DNA of 64,000 nucleotides from Armatimonadota bacterium. GTDB lineage: Bacteria; Armatimonadota; Fimbriimonadia; Fimbriimonadales; GBS-DC. Positions within the stretch are counted from its first letter, which is position 1. Every line of letters starts with the position of its first letter. Position numbers and translations under genes: made by a program. Where the stretch lies: the NCBI GenBank assembly GCA_037444405.1, contig JBBIML010000006.1:32001-96000 (forward strand), read 5' to 3'. This document shows, piece after piece, positions 59,264-64,000 of the stretch. A model generated the notes under the pieces. That model searched no databases, was not told where the DNA came from, and saw only the letters and a program-made list of their open reading frames with translations.

Positions 59264-62200
59264 CGGTGAAGCGCGGCTGGATCGCTCCCGCGAAGATGTC
59301 GGTCATTCCATTGCGCGTACTGCTCCAGAAGAGCAACAGCGACTCATCGAACCCACCAAAGACATTGAGCGGCGACGGCGCCAACCGATATTCCAGATTG
59401 GGTATCGCCCACAGATAGAGTTCGTTCGTTGGCAGGTTGATGGGCACAGGCGACACATATTCGGTGAGGTTGCCGCGCAGCTGACCCTCGTCGATCCAGC
59501 CGATGACCGCCACCTCGCTCCATTCGACGACCTGACCGGTTTGCGGATCACGTGTGAGGTAGCGCACCTCCACCTCTTTGCCGATATCCTCGGTCGTGAA
59601 GTAGATTCTGCCCTGCAGCGGGTCGTACTCATAGAAGCCCAGCCCACTGCCCGCAGGGTTGCGTGGGGTCAGCTGCACGATGGCGTGGTTCTCCCCGACG
59701 GCGAGCGTGGCGGCGCCCTCACGCAGAGGAATCCCGCCACGCCAGCTAAGAATGGGCAGGCTCAGCCGCACGCCCGGACGCAGCGTCTTGTAGTAAAAGT
59801 TGCCCGGGCTGTTCGGGGCGCTGCCGCCCCGGCGGAACAGCACCCAGTGCCGATCCACAGACGGGCGATCGGAGCTGCTGCAGACACCGTTCAGGGCGCC
59901 CTTGCGCACAGGCGATGCAGCCAGATTGTTCAGATTGTGGCGCGGGTTCAGCGTGCGCTGGAACACGCTGAACACCTGTGAGTAGCCGCCTATCTGACCC
60001 GAAGCGTACGGGATCAGCCGCAACAGGCGCGGACGATAGGTCACCGTTACCACATCGTTCAGGCGCGGCGCCCGATTCACAAACCGGATGGTGCCGTTCA
60101 GTGGATCCACCACAATCGTGCCTGAATCGATCAGCGTGTTGTTCTGGTTATTGCGCACAATATAGCGGAAAGTGAGCAGTCCTGTCGCCTCGTCTTCAAT
60201 CGGCTCCTGCAGGAGGTTCGGATTGGTGGGATCCACAATCACGGAGACACCATTCACCTTGATGTCGATATCGGCTTCCAGCGGGTTGCCGTCCTCGTTC
60301 CAGACCCGTCCGAGGTGTGTCCAGTCGAGGTGGCGCGTGCGCCACACATTGCGTTCCGCGTCTTTCTGGGCGACCTCATCGATGATGCGCGGGAGCAACC
60401 GATCCTGAATATCGCGGAGCGCGCGCTCTACCTGGCGGCTATCCAGCGGCAGCAGATTGCCATTGCGCGGGTTCACATAGTAGCGGGCGAGCAGTAGCTC
60501 CGACTCGTTGCGCTCGCCAACTGTGCCCGTGATGGCGACATCTGCCAGCAACACGAAGGGCGAGCCAGGGCTGCTCGGGTTCAGCGACACGCGATAGACC
60601 TGCGCCGCGACACCATCCACGCTGCGAATGGCGCGGGAGAGCGGCAACGACTGCTCGCGTCGCCAGCTACTGAAGCTGTCGCCCTCGGACGGCAGATAGA
60701 AAATCTGGTTCCTGCCTGCCGGCGCCGACACATAGAAGAGCCAGTTGCCGATGCCGGGCAGACCGGTGATGTGCGGGCGGGTGCGCGGCAGCGCGGGATC
60801 CACAGGCACAATGTTGATTGGCCCCACAGGCTCGCCCGTTTGCGGGTTGAGTTGCGTGTAGAACAGCACGGCGTAGTTGGTGCCCGCAACCTGCACCTCG
60901 CCTGTCCAGAAGAGCCACGCCTGCACCGTGCCGCGCGTGCCCTGCGTCAGGTGAACCACCGGCTGGTGGTGGCGGATAGTGCTTTTCTCTTCATCGGTCA
61001 GCGCACGCCCCAGATTGAGCGCCTGCACAAAGAGCGTGCCATCGGGGTCATTCGGGAAGGGTCCGAACGGACCGAGCCACCACTGCCCATTGATACCTGT
61101 CGGTATCCAGCCACCTGCCAGCGGGATGCCGTTCATCAGCATGCGGGCGCCGTCCCAGCTGAGCGACGCCCGATAAAGGAAGAAGCGGTTCCGATTGCTG
61201 GGGTCGCGATTGCTGCTCCAGTAAAGATGCAGTCGCCCCGTTTGCGGGTCGCGGAACGCGGTCGGCGTGTGATTGCTGACGATGGGGGTGCCCGGTGCAG
61301 GCAATGGGTCAATCTGTGCCTGCGAGCCGTGCGTGACCCCACCCGTGAGCTGGGTCTCCTTCACGCGCACCACGATGCGCATCGACGGTACCGTGATGGG
61401 ATCACCCTGCTCCACCACGCCAACCGTACCAACCGCTGTGTCGCGGTAGACGCCAATCCACTGCGAGTAGACGCCCATCGGCTGGAAGGGCGGGATGGCG
61501 ATGCTGATTTGAGGCAGGCGTGGCTCAAAATCGTTGCGACCGTCGCCGTCCACATCAGGCGTGCGACCGTAGGGCACAGCAGGCAGCGACAGGTAAGTGC
61601 CCGCCATATCGCCCGCGCGCGGCTTCTGCAACACCGCATAGGGCTGGTAGCCCGGCACAATCGCGCCTATCTGCGTCCAGCCGCCCACATTCGCCCAGTA
61701 GGGGTTGGAATGCAGCCTGAGTGGATCGGTGCGGCTCCAGAAGCGCGGATCGAGCGTGCTGACCACCGTCGTCCACGCGGGCATTCCGGCGAATGTGCTG
61801 ACCATATCCGAGAAGAGGTAGATGCCGCCTGTGGCGGGATTGCCGAACGCCTTGCCCAGATAGAGCGGATAGAGGTTGAGGTTGCCCTCGTTGCGCACGC
61901 GGAACGGCTTCCAGTAGGGCGCAAAGAGCGCGTTATCGGGGCGGAACGCCGAAGTGGGATCATAGGGCGAGAGCGCGTCGAAGTTGAAGCCGAACCCGCC
62001 CGGCAACGCCCCAAAATCGATGGTCTCCTCCTCAATCAGGAAGCGCGCATCCGGCTCAACGGTGATTTCGGTGGCGACCTCCCGATAGGCTTCCTGCGCG
62101 ACCTGGTTCGCTCGCGGCGCCAGCGCGTTCTCCAGCCCATCGAAGCGCCCGTTGTTGTTCGAATCGATATAGACAAAGTTCGTGTGGACATCGCTGTTGG

Positions 62201-64000
62201 GTCGAAGAAACCGCGAGCTGTAGCGGTTTGGCGGCTGATAGCGCGGCACATTCACCTGCACCACGATGGGGTCGCCGTTGGGGTTGGCAAAGATGTTCTC
62301 GATGCGCATGGCGGTCTGGCGCAGGTCGGTGCCGCCCTCAAACAGCATGCGCACATTGCGAGCGGCAATATCGGGATAGTCGGGGCTGCGATTCGGGATG
62401 GTGGGCGGCTGCTCCCACGGCAGCGGGTAGTTAACCGCCCCCGGACCGCCCTGCCAGTACAGTCCGCCCGTCCAGGCGCGCACACTCAGCGTGAGCGGGA
62501 TCAAGCTGTAGCGTGCGATATTGCGCCGATCCGCCACACGGAATAGACCGCTGATGAAGGTGCCGTGCTTGGCACTGCCGTTCGATTCAAACTGGGCCGG
62601 CATGAGCCGACCACCGTTACCGTTCACCTTATTCTCGTCAGCTCCAGGATCGTTCTCATCACCCACTTCACTGCCTGACGGATTCCAGAGCTTGAGCGGG
62701 TGCGCGATGCTGAACTTCCAGCCCTCACCCCGCTCGCCCCGTTCACCGGGCCGGTCGATTTCGGTCGTTTCCAGATTGAGGTCGGAGGTGAAACTCATGC
62801 CCGGCATGCGCAGCTGCAGCTCATATTCGGGTCCGGGCGTCCAGTAGTTGCTGCCGGACGCCTGCACGGTGATGCTCTGCACGGCAATCCATTTCCGTCC
62901 CGAACGGGGCGGGCTGGTGGTGGTGCGCGGCGCCAGCACATACTGCACACGCGAGACACCCGGACCGACCACCTGCACGGCAACCTGATCGCGACGGGTC
63001 TCGGTGCCCGATAGCTCGAAGTCCCACACAATCACATAGAAGGTCTGACCCCACTCCAGCACCCCGGGCCATTCAGGTACTACCTCGTCGGGCGCCTTCT
63101 GACCTGTCAGCACCCTATCGGCTTCCTCTTTACTGAGAGTGATGGTTACCTTAGTGTGGGAGATGTCGGTGTTGTCATCCTGGCGTCCTTCAGGACCGGT
63201 GGGTCCTCCAATACCCGTTCCAGGTGGCAGCTCGCTATATGCCAGTCCTGAAGTGTTGAAGGCGTACACCACGCCCGCGTCGTCAGCGATATAGAGCCAG
63301 TCGTCCAGCACGGCGGGCGAGGCGAACAGCGTATCGGCGTAGAGTTGCCAGCCCTCGAACAGCCAGCCGTTGCGCCGATTGCGTTCGTTCGTGGCGTGCA
63401 GGGCAACAATCTCGCCCGCGTTCGTGCCCACCACAATCGCGGGCTTGGCGCCGAAGTCGTTGCCGTCGGGATCCGTATCGTTCACCTTGGTGAACACGGG
63501 CGAGCTGAAGATGGCACCGCTGAGCCGCTCGCTGAAGAAGGAGCCGTCGGTACCGCGCAATGGTTCGCCTGTGTCCGCGTTATAGGCAAAAACACGCCCC
63601 AGACTGCCGCCCACAAAGACAGCATTGATCCCGGGTGTGTTGGGGTCGTTATCGAAGTCCAGCCCCTGCACCACCAGCGGCGAGCTGTAGTTGAACGACA
63701 GGATGCGATTGATCTCGGTAGGCTGTCGCCAGATGAGCTGCCCACTGCTGGCGCTGATGGCGTAGGTGCGCCCGCCATCGATGCCGCCCGTGTTGATGAA
63801 CACCTTGCCGAGCGCGACGGCAGGCGTGGCGGTGATCGGCTCAATCACTTCTGTGGTGGAGTTCAGGGGGGGATATGCCCAGCGCAGGGCGGTCGCGCTG
63901 CTGGTCGCGTCGGGGTTCAGTGCGTAGAGCCGCCCGTAGAAGTTGCCCTCCACGCTGCCGATGAACACCGTGTTGCGGTCGGGGTCATACGCGGGCGCGC
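59235..64000 (-). CDS. Very large protein with PQQ-type beta-propeller repeats (3' part; start outside window)
   Basis: Open frame of more than 1577 aa; blades ITATPAV..GKVFI, YSSPLVV, IFSSPVF, LFASPAV.DDWLYIADDAGVVYAF; further beta-rich domains. Confidence 0.8.
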   Translation of the reverse strand, partial: APAYDPDRNTVFIGSVEGNFYGRLYALNPDATSSATALRWAYPPLNSTTEVIEPITATPAVALGKVFINTGGIDGGRTYAISASSGQLIWRQPTEINRILSFNYSSPLVVQGLDFDNDPNTPGINAVFVGGSLGRVFAYNADTGEPLRGTDGSFFSERLSGAIFSSPVFTKVNDTDPDGNDFGAKPAIVVGTNAGEIVALHATNERNRRNGWLFEGWQLYADTLFASPAVLDDWLYIADDAGVVYAFNTSGLAYSELPPGTGIGGPTGPEGRQDDNTDISHTKVTITLSKEEADRVLTGQKAPDEVVPEWPGVLEWGQTFYVIVWDFELSGTETRRDQVAVQVVGPGVSRVQYVLAPRTTTSPPRSGRKWIAVQSITVQASGSNYWTPGPEYELQLRMPGMSFTSDLNLETTEIDRPGERGERGEGWKFSIAHPLKLWNPSGSEVGDENDPGADENKVNGNGGRLMPAQFESNGSAKHGTFISGLFRVADRRNIARYSLIPLTLSVRAWTGGLYWQGGPGAVNYPLPWEQPPTIPNRSPDYPDIAARNVRMLFEGGTDLRQTAMRIENIFANPNGDPIVVQVNVPRYQPPNRYSSRFLRPNSDVHTNFVYIDSNNNGRFDGLENALAPRANQVAQEAYREVATEITVEPDARFLIEEETIDFGALPGGFGFNFDALSPYDPTSAFRPDNALFAPYWKPFRVRNEGNLNLYPLYLGKAFGNPATGGIYLFSDMVSTFAGMPAWTTVVSTLDPRFWSRTDPLRLHSNPYWANVGGWTQIGAIVPGYQPYAVLQKPRAGDMAGTYLSLPAVPYGRTPDVDGDGRNDFEPRLPQISIAIPPFQPMGVYSQWIGVYRDTAVGTVGVVEQGDPITVPSMRIVVRVKETQLTGGVTHGSQAQIDPLPAPGTPIVSNHTPTAFRDPQTGRLHLYWSSNRDPSNRNRFFLYRASLSWDGARMLMNGIPLAGGWIPTGINGQWWLGPFGPFPNDPDGTLFVQALNLGRALTDEEKSTIRHHQPVVHLTQGTRGTVQAWLFWTGEVQVAGTNYAVLFYTQLNPQTGEPVGPINIVPVDPALPRTRPHITGLPGIGNWLFYVSAPAGRNQIFYLPSEGDSFSSWRREQSLPLSRAIRSVDGVAAQVYRVSLNPSSPGSPFVLLADVAITGTVGERNESELLLARYYVNPRNGNLLPLDSRQVERALRDIQDRLLPRIIDEVAQKDAERNVWRTRHLDWTHLGRVWNEDGNPLEADIDIKVNGVSVIVDPTNPNLLQEPIEDEATGLLTFRYIVRNNQNNTLIDSGTIVVDPLNGTIRFVNRAPRLNDVVTVTYRPRLLRLIPYASGQIGGYSQVFSVFQRTLNPRHNLNNLAASPVRKGALNGVCSSSDRPSVDRHWVLFRRGGSAPNSPGNFYYKTLRPGVRLSLPILSWRGGIPLREGAATLAVGENHAIVQLTPRNPAGSGLGFYEYDPLQGRIYFTTEDIGKEVEVRYLTRDPQTGQVVEWSEVAVIGWIDEGQLRGNLTEYVSPVPINLPTNELYLWAIPNLEYRLAPSPLNVFGGFDESLLLFWSSTRNGMTDIFAGAIQPRFTVSPFDLDAD

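Overview
64-kb GC-rich bacterial chromosomal window with about 45 protein genes, one initiator tRNA-Met and no CRISPR array, integrase or transposase. The gene content (DUF1559/H-X9-DG-type pilin-like protein, proteins ending in a duplicated DDADLLxVLFxFG calcium-binding motif, PSD1/DUF1501 pair, ARC proteasome ATPase, TolC and beta-barrels next to Terrabacteria-type genes such as steA, rqcH and rplS-lepB) suggests Armatimonadota/Fimbriimonadia; this is an inference. Housekeeping genes include era, argG, ndh, uppP, rfbD, comEA, lepB, rplS and trmD. The strongest signal not explained by the ORF track is a bipartite motif, (G/A)CAGG(A/G)-N17-(G/C)(A/T)A(T/A/C), found ten times with an invariant 17-nt spacer, always upstream of and oriented towards a gene start. 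It matches the Firmicutes sigma-H promoter architecture and points to a sigma-H-like regulon (comEA, pilin-like protein, secreted protein, TolC, PSD1-DUF1501, NYN-era, ABC permease). Also present: four families of REP-like palindromes, one copy embedded in frame inside the wzi-like gene; probable leaderless genes; three gene remnants; a giant repeat-containing beta-barrel downstream of an orphan anti-sigma factor; an ICM-type acyl-CoA mutase; a redoxin-cytochrome c-copper monooxygenase fusion; and an ARC ATPase lacking the C-terminal HbYX motif. All calls are by eye from motifs; no database searches were run.
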